Below, piece after piece: positions 42,331 to 49,113 of a stretch of 59,463 nucleotides of DNA (positions are counted from its first letter, which is position 1; every line of letters begins with the position of its first letter). The notes under the pieces were generated by a model that had not been told where the DNA came from, did no database searches, and worked only from the letters and a program-made list of their open reading frames with translations. The position numbers were made by a program, and so were the translations under genes. Origin of the DNA: Patescibacteria group bacterium (GTDB taxonomy: Bacteria; Patescibacteriota; Minisyncoccia; Moranbacterales; UBA2206); the NCBI GenBank assembly GCA_022711335.1, contig JAKLFF010000005.1:1-59463 (forward strand), written 5' to 3'.

Positions 42331-43086
42331 ATGTCGTATTCAATAATACCGCCTATAGCATTGATACTGAGTCTTATAGGCATTATCATATTTTTGTCGA
42401 GAAGAGCTTCCAAAATTGCCCTTCTGGAGGACAGCAGCCGGATGGGAAGCAGGAATGAGCAAGCGTTTCCAGGAAAAAGGACGTTTTGGAGCAGAATATT
42501 TTTTTGGTCAAACGGAGAAGGCGGAGGATTGAAACACGGATTTTTGTTTTTTTTGGAAAAATTTACCAGAAAGCTGCGCATATTTTTTCTTAAATTTGAG
42601 AATTTATTCACCCACTGGAGCGAAAGCATCAGAAAAAAAAGAAAAGATTACATCGAATCGGCGGCTTCTGAAGAGAGAAATGACGAGACAGGGCGCCTTG
42701 AAGCGAATCCGGATATTATTGAAAGAGTGCGGATGCACGGAGAAGGCAATGTTTATGTAAGGCGCGGCGCCGAGGAAAATAATGCAAGGCTGGCGGAAAA
42801 ACGGCTTGATGAGAAAAAAATTATTCGGCCGATAATCAGCGATAAGGTAATAACTCCCAGAGTCAAGCCGGAAATAAAAAACCGCCTGGAGAGGATCCTA
42901 ATCGAAAGAATCGCGGCCAATCCGAAAGATACGGAAGCCTATGAGCGGCTCGGCGAATATTATTTTGAAATTGAAAATTACCAGCATTCAAAAGAGTGCT
43001 TTAAGCAGGTAATCAAGCTGGATCCGATGAATGTTAACGTGAAAGACAAAATGAAGAGGCTGGAACGGCTGCTTGCGAGAAGGTGA
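42331..43086 (+). CDS. membrane-anchored TPR-like protein
   Basis: N-terminal TM. The C-terminal AYERLGEYYFEIENYQHSKECFKQVIKLDP looks like one TPR unit. Confidence 0.5.
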   Translation: MSYSIIPPIALILSLIGIIIFLSRRASKIALLEDSSRMGSRNEQAFPGKRTFWSRIFFWSNGEGGGLKHGFLFFLEKFTRKLRIFFLKFENLFTHWSESIRKKRKDYIESAASEERNDETGRLEANPDIIERVRMHGEGNVYVRRGAEENNARLAEKRLDEKKIIRPIISDKVITPRVKPEIKNRLERILIERIAANPKDTEAYERLGEYYFEIENYQHSKECFKQVIKLDPMNVNVKDKMKRLERLLARR

Positions 43087-43095
43087 ATTATTTTC

Positions 43096-43120
43096 GCCGA
43101 AGTAGCTCAATGGTAGACTC
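43096..43120 (+). pseudogene. tRNA-like 5' fragment (acceptor plus D-arm only)
   Basis: GCCGAAGTAGCTCAATGGTAGACTC copies the first ~23 nt of the neighbouring tRNAs (GCCNNNNTAGCTCAATGGTAGAGC). No canonical anticodon arm or T arm follows. Confidence 0.35.
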
Positions 43121-43187
43121 GCCTCGATTCGACGAAATGTCTCATTGAGTCGAAGCGGGGCAATTGTTTTGCCCGCCCGCTTGACGC

Positions 43188-43259
43188 GCCACCCTAGCTC
43201 AATGGTAGAGCAACTGTTTTGTAAACAGTAGGTTATCAGTTCAAATCTGATGGGTGGCT
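43188..43259 (+). tRNA. tRNA-Thr (anticodon TGT)
   Basis: Perfect cloverleaf: GCCACCC/GGGTGGC, GCTC/GAGC, ACTGT-TTTGTAA-ACAGT, ATCAG-TTCAAAT-CTGAT. Confidence 0.9.
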
Positions 43260-43411
43260 CAAACGTGTCGGGCGGGTAAACAGTAGATTGCCAGTTCCCG
43301 CCAGAGGCGGATTCCGGTTTATACCAAAATTTTCTTCGAAAATTTTGACAAACCGATAACAAATCTGGTCTTCGGCTCAAAAAATAAAAAAAATAGTGAA
43401 ATTTAAAAAGC

Positions 43412-43494
43412 GGGTCGGTGGCAGAGCGGTCAATTGCACCTGACTGTAAATCAGGCGGCTTACGCCTACGGCGGTTCGAATCCGTCCCGGCCCA
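43412..43494 (+). tRNA. tRNA-Tyr (anticodon GTA), long variable arm
   Basis: GGGTCGG/CCGGCCC, CCTGA-CTGTAAA-TCAGG, variable arm CGGCTTACGCCTAC, GGCGG-TTCGAAT-CCGTC. Confidence 0.9.
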
Positions 43495-43567
43495 CGTAAA
43501 ATTAGTAGACCAATACCTTTTCATCATAGTGGTTGACTAGTTGCGATTGTTATTTTACAATGGAAAT

Positions 43568-44158
43568 ATGAACAAATCATCAATTTCTAAGATTAGTAGG
43601 TTGTATGTTGGCCAGAAAAAATCTGTTTCAGAAATTGCAAAAATATTTGGATGTTCGGAAAATAGAATTAATTATTGGCTAGCAAAGGAAGGAATTAAAA
43701 AGAGGTCTATTAGTGAAGCGATTTATATCAAACATAATCCTAACGGTGATCCCTTCCGGTTTATTTTACCAAAAAATGTCGATGAAGCGGTTTTATTTGG
43801 TATGGGATTGGGACTTTATTGGGGGGAGGGCACTAAAGCAAATAAAACTTGCGTAAGACTCGGAAACTCCGATGCAGCATTACTGAATGTTTTTATTGAT
43901 TTTTTGATTAAGTTTTTTCATATTAAAAAGAAAGATCTAAGATTTCATTTGCATGTTTTTACTGACATTGATTTAAATGAGGCATATGGGTATTGGATAA
44001 AAAAATTAAAAATTAAAAAAGAACAATTTTATAAACCGATTATAACAAAAACCGGAAAGCTAGGGACATATAGAAAAAAGAGTAAATATGGAGTGGTTAC
44101 TGTTTATTACTCCAATAAGAAATTGAGAGATTTATTAATAGGGAATTTGCCGTTGTAG
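43568..44158 (+). CDS. LAGLIDADG-type homing endonuclease-like protein with N-terminal HTH
   Basis: HTH-like KKSVSEIAKIFGCSENRINYWLAKEG, then LFGMGLGLYWGEGTK (LAGLIDADG-like) and a basic C-terminal half. The stop TAG (44156-44158) lies inside the first nucleotides of tRNA-Thr(GGT). Confidence 0.55.
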   Translation: MNKSSISKISRLYVGQKKSVSEIAKIFGCSENRINYWLAKEGIKKRSISEAIYIKHNPNGDPFRFILPKNVDEAVLFGMGLGLYWGEGTKANKTCVRLGNSDAALLNVFIDFLIKFFHIKKKDLRFHLHVFTDIDLNEAYGYWIKKLKIKKEQFYKPIITKTGKLGTYRKKSKYGVVTVYYSNKKLRDLLIGNLPL

Positions 44159-44415
44159 CTCAGTTGGTAGAGCAACTCCATGGTAAAATTATTGCCCGCT
44201 ATCCGGGAAACTGGGTGGTGAATCCCGAATTACGGTTAAAGGCCTGTCTCAGGTTAAGACCGTGGCCTTGCCTTTGTGGAGGCCCGAACGACTGACAAGG
44301 GGAGCTAAATCTTAGGATATGCTTAAGATACAGTCTAATCCTCTAATAAGGACAAAAAAGAAAATAGAGGTGCAAATGAAGGAGTAGGTCTCCGGTTCAA
44401 ATCCGGACAACGGCT
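44149..44415 (+). tRNA. tRNA-Thr (anticodon GGT) interrupted by a group I intron
   Basis: The 5' exon is GCCGTTG TA GCTC AGTTGGTA GAGC A ACTCC ATGGT (44149-44184). The 3' exon is AA GGAGT AGGTC TCCGG TTCAAAT CCGGA CAACGGC T (44379-44415). Joined, the exons give a perfect 73-nt cloverleaf. Confidence 0.85.
44185..44378 (+). ncRNA. group I intron (small, IC3-like) between tRNA positions 36 and 37
   Basis: The 5' exon ends in U and the intron ends in G. P7 is GACTG...CAGTC, with a P8 hairpin (TCTTAGG-ATATG-CTTAAGA) between its strands. AAGATACAGTCTAATCC resembles the group I S element. P9 hairpin is CCTCT...AGAGG. There is also a GGGAAAC hairpin. Confidence 0.75.
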
Positions 44416-44442
44416 CAGTTTAATAAGTAAAGAAAAAATTTT

Positions 44443-44598
44443 ATGGCGCGAGAAAATCTGGTGAAAATGAGATGCGATGCGTGCAAAAGCATAAATTATT
44501 TCACAAAGAGAAACAAGAAAAAAATCAAGGAAAAACTGTCGCTCAAGAAAATGTGCAAAAAATGCAAAAAGCACACAGTTCACAAAGAGATGAAATAA
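44443..44598 (+). CDS. rpmG: 50S ribosomal protein L33 (51 aa, below the ORF-track cutoff)
   Basis: MARENLVKMRCDACKSINYFTKRNKKKIKEKLSLKKMCKKCKKHTVHKEMK has two CxxC pairs and the L33 pattern. Confidence 0.85.
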   Translation: MARENLVKMRCDACKSINYFTKRNKKKIKEKLSLKKMCKKCKKHTVHKEMK

Positions 44599-44609
44599 GT
44601 CTCTTTTTG

Positions 44610-44680
44610 GCGGGTGTCGTACAGTGGTAGTACGGGAGTCTCCAAAACTTCTAACGGGGGTTCGATTCCCTCCACCCGTG
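44610..44680 (+). tRNA. tRNA-Trp (anticodon CCA)
   Basis: GCGGGTG/CACCCGT (G1-U72), GTAC/GTAC, GGAGT-CTCCAAA-ACTTC, GGGGG-TTCGATT-CCCTC, discriminator G. Confidence 0.85.
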
Positions 44681-46267
44681 CATAGTGCTAAGAAGTGGGC
44701 TTGATTGCCCGCTTTTTGCTTTTATACAGCCACTTTTCATCGGTTCTAACCTTTCAAATTCTCGCTGTATATCATCGTGCTTATTTACTACGGGCAAAAA
44801 CCATTCTTTGGCTTGTATAGCGGTTATTTTGTCTTTTATTGCGTGGTTCGAACCTAAATGAAATATAAGCTCTCTTCGTGTCTCATCGTCTCCAGTTAAA
44901 AACGCTTTGTGTGCGTAAGCGTAAAAGGCAAAAGTTTTTTCAGTCAGCTCCAAAGTTTTTTCTTTTCGGTCTTCGGCACTCATAGGCTCTTTGCTTAACT
45001 TTTCAATCTCTTTTTTTATCGGTTCGCTTTGGATTCTAAATTCTTCATCATCAATCATATCATTGCTACGCATTCGTATAAGATTTGACTGCTGGTTTTT
45101 CAGTTTTTCCAAAGTTTGTTGGCGAGTGTCCGCTATTATTTTTTCATCGTCCGCTTTGGTATCTTTTCTACTTTCAATTATTTCTAAAGCCAAAGAAAGC
45201 AACTCTTGGGGTATGGTGTATTTTGCAAGCTCAAATTCAAGCTGTTCAAAAAGTTTGCCTTCTTCCAAAACTTTATTTTGGGTGCATTTTATTTTTCTGC
45301 TTCTTCTGGTGCAATGATAATAGGTGTATTCTTTGATTTTACCAGTTTTCTTGTTGATTTTCCGTTTGGTTTCCGCGGTATAGGAACAACCACATTCGGG
45401 ACAACGGAAAAGCCCTGTGAAAGCGAAATGATGTTTTTTAGGTCTCGGTTTTCCCTTATATCCCAAAATAATTTGAGTTCTATCAAATTCATCCATCGTA
45501 ATCATTGCTTGGTGCTTTCCTGGGTAATGCGTTCCATTGTGCTCAATGATTCCCGCATAAAAGATATTGGTAAAAATCTTATACATTCCGCTCAATGCCA
45601 ATGGTTTGTCTCCAAGTCGTTTTTTCTTGATTGTTCGGAATCCCCATTCATTATTAAGTTTATCGGCAACTTGTGGCACTGTATAATTTCCAGTGAGTAT
45701 CAAATCCCACGCTTTGCGTAATAATCTGAACCGCAATGGGTCTATGGGCATTGTATGTGTTGCTAGGTCGTTTAGATAGCCTGTGGGTGCAATTCCAGGT
45801 CTCCAGCCGTCCTCTCGCTTCTTTTGGTTGCCTCGCTTCACGTTCACGCTCAATTCTCGGCAAAACTGATTTGCCATTCCGCTTTCAACGCTGAAAAGTA
45901 AAACATTGTCTTCAGGCTTAAATTCCTTTTCCATTGTCTGGATTGATTTTATAACTTCCTGTTGCAAAAGCCAGCTTATCTTTCCGCTATCTATCGGATT
46001 TCGAGATAAGCGGTTAAGATGCCAGCACAAAATTCCGTTTGCTTCGCCATTTTCAATTCTCCTCATCATTTCATCGAAGAGGGGACGATTGTTTGGTTTT
46101 TTGGCTGATTTCGCCTCGGTGTAAATGTGCTTGATGTGTAATCCCATATCTTTGGCTATTCGCTCCAATCTGCCTACTTGGTCGTCAATTGATTGCACCT
46201 GGCGGTCTTCGCTTTCCGAAGATTTTCTCGCATAAAGGAAATATTTTATTTGTTTGTCGTTTTTCAT
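44651..46267 (-). CDS. large serine recombinase
   Basis: The N-terminal resolvase domain is YARKSSESEDRQVQSIDDQ. It also has a recombinase domain, a zinc ribbon (CPECGCSY...YYHCTRR) and a coiled coil. The last 10 codons (HGWRESNPR*) are the reverse complement of the tRNA-Trp 3' end. Confidence 0.85.
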   Translation of the reverse strand: MKNDKQIKYFLYARKSSESEDRQVQSIDDQVGRLERIAKDMGLHIKHIYTEAKSAKKPNNRPLFDEMMRRIENGEANGILCWHLNRLSRNPIDSGKISWLLQQEVIKSIQTMEKEFKPEDNVLLFSVESGMANQFCRELSVNVKRGNQKKREDGWRPGIAPTGYLNDLATHTMPIDPLRFRLLRKAWDLILTGNYTVPQVADKLNNEWGFRTIKKKRLGDKPLALSGMYKIFTNIFYAGIIEHNGTHYPGKHQAMITMDEFDRTQIILGYKGKPRPKKHHFAFTGLFRCPECGCSYTAETKRKINKKTGKIKEYTYYHCTRRSRKIKCTQNKVLEEGKLFEQLEFELAKYTIPQELLSLALEIIESRKDTKADDEKIIADTRQQTLEKLKNQQSNLIRMRSNDMIDDEEFRIQSEPIKKEIEKLSKEPMSAEDRKEKTLELTEKTFAFYAYAHKAFLTGDDETRRELIFHLGSNHAIKDKITAIQAKEWFLPVVNKHDDIQREFERLEPMKSGCIKAKSGQSSPLLSTMHGWRESNPR

Positions 46268-46390
46268 AATTTTTTTGTGGTTATGCTTATAAATATATTT
46301 ATTATAATTTTAACAAATTAAATATATTTAAAAGCAAAGCTTTGGGTAAATATATATAAATATATTTATATATATATTTATTTTTAATGC

Positions 46391-46663
46391 TTACGAATTT
46401 AATTTTTTTAGATACTCGCTCTTTATTTTTGCCGTAATCTTTTTCCATAAATTGTCGCTAGCTCTACACATAAGGGAATCTTTGATTATCGGGGGCGTAA
46501 TACTGGGTCTATCAGGTTTTCCGCCCTCCCAAATGGAAAAGCCGATAATTTTGATAAATTCATTGCCTTCAAATTGAAGTGTTAAATCAGCGTGTGCCCG
46601 CAAGTTTGGATATTCGGTATTTTCAGAAATTCTCACCTCAACGAATATTCTTTCATTTTCCAT
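46391..46663 (-). CDS. hypothetical small protein
   Basis: 90-aa ORF co-directional with the recombinase. VEVRISENTEYPNLRAHADLTLQFEGNEFIKIIGFSIWEG has only a faint SpoVG-like flavour. Confidence 0.45.
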   Translation of the reverse strand: MENERIFVEVRISENTEYPNLRAHADLTLQFEGNEFIKIIGFSIWEGGKPDRPSITPPIIKDSLMCRASDNLWKKITAKIKSEYLKKLNS

Positions 46664-46677
46664 ATTTTTATTGATTG

Positions 46678-46941
46678 TTATTTCTTAATTTTCTGCCACA
46701 GTTCTTTTGAGGGCTTGTTGAGCGATTCTGAATTGCTCTCAGGGACGAAATTTAGGGGGACAGTTGGCATAGCTCTCCCGCCAGATAGAAAGTCTCGTCC
46801 GTTTATGTTTGCCTTTTTGGTCTCCCTTGAAAAAGGGCACTTGTCTTGTTTCTTTCCGCTTCTCAAGTGGAGGTCTGGGTCTAAAGGGCAAAAGTTTTTC
46901 CGACATCCATCGTATCTTGGGCATTTTTTCATATTATCCAT
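46678..46941 (-). CDS. hypothetical Cys-rich small protein
   Basis: 87 aa: CPRYDGCRKNFCPLD...KCPF, a possible metal-binding cluster. Confidence 0.45.
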   Translation of the reverse strand: MDNMKKCPRYDGCRKNFCPLDPDLHLRSGKKQDKCPFSRETKKANINGRDFLSGGRAMPTVPLNFVPESNSESLNKPSKELWQKIKK

Positions 46942-46944
46942 AGT

Positions 46945-47145
46945 TTATTTTCTAAGATTCTTGGAAAGTTTTTTTCTTCTTTTTTCCACTAATCTCATTT
47001 CTTTTTGAGTCATTGGTTTATATGTGAGCTCGACCATTCTCACAAGGCTTTCCGCTTTTTCACACACTTCCGCACGACTAAGTTCAACCCCGAATCGTTC
47101 GTGGTAGAGGACTTGATATTTTTTGATTTGGTCGTCAGAAAGCAT
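46945..47145 (-). CDS. hypothetical small helical protein
   Basis: 66 aa, 3 nt upstream of the next ORF, in the same operon-like string. Confidence 0.4.
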   Translation of the reverse strand: MLSDDQIKKYQVLYHERFGVELSRAEVCEKAESLVRMVELTYKPMTQKEMRLVEKRRKKLSKNLRK

Positions 47146-47220
47146 AAAAAAATCAAAGCTTTTACGCTTCGATTCTATAAAACGGACAGGTGATTCACCT
47201 TAGAATCACTAGAAGATTTG

Positions 47221-47895
47221 CTAAAATATTCTTTTTACAGTGTTATTTCTCCTGATAAAAAGCTCATCCTCTGTGGGAATATCAGCTTTAATCTTTTTGT
47301 TTACTGCTCGCATTGTATCATAAACACCTCGTCTTATTCTGGGGTCTCGTAAATCAGCATCTTCCCCATAAATTTTGTCAGCTATTTCTGACCAGTCGAT
47401 TTGTGTGTTTGGCTGTCTTTCAAAAACGAATTTGCAAAAGTAAAATTCGTGGGTATCAGGAGTAATTTCACTTTTTCTCGAGTCTACATAGATAGAAGAT
47501 TCATTCTCCACAAATTTTATTTCTCTTCCTTCTAAGCTTATCGGTTTGTTTTTTTCAAATAAAATAAAGTAAATTTCCTTTATTTTTTCTATGTCCAAAA
47601 TTTTAATCGTATTTTTACCAGGAAAAACTAATGGATTTTTTTCTTCCATATTAGGAAATTCGATTATGGAAGATTCTGATTTTGCAAGCTCAATCGCTTT
47701 TTCTTTTTCCAGATATTGCCAAAAAGAATCATTCATAGTAACTGATTTGTCGGTAATATCTTCATTTGGTAGGAAGCTTTCGATGGATATCACAAGAGGA
47801 GAATCAGAAAAGAAATTATCGCTTGAATATAAAATTTCTTCCAGGTACCTCTTAATTTGAGGCATTGGCTCGAATGGGAATTCCCCGATATTCAT
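47221..47895 (-). CDS. hypothetical protein with OmpR/PhoB-like winged-helix C-terminus
   Basis: The C-terminus ...DWSEIADKIYGEDADLRDPRIRRGVYDTMRAVNKKIK...FIRRNNTVKRIF resembles trans_reg_C winged-helix domains. Confidence 0.5.
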   Translation of the reverse strand: MNIGEFPFEPMPQIKRYLEEILYSSDNFFSDSPLVISIESFLPNEDITDKSVTMNDSFWQYLEKEKAIELAKSESSIIEFPNMEEKNPLVFPGKNTIKILDIEKIKEIYFILFEKNKPISLEGREIKFVENESSIYVDSRKSEITPDTHEFYFCKFVFERQPNTQIDWSEIADKIYGEDADLRDPRIRRGVYDTMRAVNKKIKADIPTEDELFIRRNNTVKRIF

Positions 47896-47999
47896 ATTGA
47901 TTTTACTAGATTTTTATTCTAGCTAAAGTTTATCAGATATAGCCGCTAAATCAAGCCTAAACGCTTGTATTTTAGGGCTATTTATATTATGATTTAGGT

Positions 48000-48135
48000 G
48001 TTCACCTATAGAGAAGTTTCCGTGAAGAAACTGCTTTTTCTATCCAGTTGTGGGTGGAAATGGGCAGTCGAGTTCCATAACTGGACGTCTTCACGGATAT
48101 CCTCTATGGGTGAACAGCTCGGCTGTCCTTTTTGT
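48000..48135 (+). ncRNA. candidate structured RNA: four nested helices plus small terminator-like hairpin
   Basis: H1 is 48000-48013/48102-48115 (13 WC pairs plus 1 U-G). H2 is 48020-48028/48088-48096 (9 bp perfect). H3 is 48044-48049/48079-48084. H4 is TGGAA/TTCCA. ACAGC-TCG-GCTGT then follows, with TCCTTTTTGTTTT. Confidence 0.4.
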
Positions 48136-48161
48136 TTTGGCTAAATATTATTTTCAATATA

Positions 48162-48719
48162 ATGAAAACTAAAATCATAATCGCAGTAGTGGCTTTGGTA
48201 ATCGGAGCAGTGACGTTCCCCGTTTTGGGAATGAAAATAAGCCCGACCAGAAATTTGATGATGAAACTCGCTCCTCGAGAAGCTATCCTAAATTTGGCAG
48301 ATAACATCAAACAGAAGGAACTAGGAGAACAACAAAAAATAGACTCAGAGGCAAAAGCCCAGGAAGTAATCCAGGAAGAAGCCCAACCAGAAGAAATTAT
48401 TTCAGAACCACAGCCAGAAATTATCCCCGCAGTTCAATCAGGAAACAATAAGGAGCAGATAGAAGCCTGCCAAAATACCAAAACCGAGTGTGAGAAAAAA
48501 ATAAAAAAAATCAAAAATGAAATTGATGATTTGGAAAATCAGGTTGAGGAACAGGAAAAAATTTACGATGAGGCAAAGGGTGGGAGCAGTAGCAATGAAA
48601 AAGCATTAAATTATCATAAGGCTATCTTAGAAAAATCAGAAAAAGACCTAAAACTTAGAAAAGCCGAACTTCAAAATATTACTAGCGGAGAATGTAAAAA
48701 TTATAATAAACCCTGCTAA
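48162..48719 (+). CDS. hypothetical membrane-anchored coiled-coil protein
   Basis: ATG 48162, N-terminal TM (IIIAVVALVIGAVTFPVLG), then an acidic/coiled-coil region. Confidence 0.5.
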   Translation: MKTKIIIAVVALVIGAVTFPVLGMKISPTRNLMMKLAPREAILNLADNIKQKELGEQQKIDSEAKAQEVIQEEAQPEEIISEPQPEIIPAVQSGNNKEQIEACQNTKTECEKKIKKIKNEIDDLENQVEEQEKIYDEAKGGSSSNEKALNYHKAILEKSEKDLKLRKAELQNITSGECKNYNKPC

Positions 48720-48723
48720 AAAA

Positions 48724-49056
48724 ATGGAAAAAAGTAAATTAGACAAAGCCGTAAAATGGAGTGTGATTATTTCCGCCTCATTATTCTTGCTTCTTGTTAT
48801 TTTTCTTCCTTCTTATTTTTTCCTCTATCTGCCCAGAGTTCATAAGCTGAATGAAAAAAAAGTTAATGAGTGTTTAAGAGACGTTTCTGATAGAAAAATT
48901 AAATTTTTGGAAAATAGAATAGCGGAAGAAGAAAGCGGGACTAAAACATATACCACAGAAGAAAAAACGGATATAACCACAACCTTAGAGGGATTAGAAA
49001 AACAGGAAGAAAAAGAGTGTTATAAAAAATACCCCACTAAATTTCAATTGCCATAG
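48724..49056 (+). CDS. hypothetical single-pass membrane protein
   Basis: 110 aa with TM WSVIISASLFLLLVIFLPSYFFLYL. It starts 5 nt after the previous stop. Confidence 0.5.
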   Translation: MEKSKLDKAVKWSVIISASLFLLLVIFLPSYFFLYLPRVHKLNEKKVNECLRDVSDRKIKFLENRIAEEESGTKTYTTEEKTDITTTLEGLEKQEEKECYKKYPTKFQLP

Positions 49057-49113
49057 ATTCATTTACTTTTTTAGATAATTGTCTTATATTTAAGGCGAAC
49101 TTCACAAAGAAAA

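Noticed and set aside
42988-43527. 179-aa minus-strand ORF
   Set aside because: It lies entirely over the tRNA-like fragment, tRNA-Thr(UGU) and tRNA-Tyr. Its sequence (…WAGTDSNRRRRKPPDLQSGAIDRSAT…) is the typical reverse translation of tRNA genes.
44335-44583. 82-aa minus-strand ORF
   Set aside because: It overlaps the 3' part of the group I intron, the tRNA-Thr 3' exon and rpmG, and has no support of its own.
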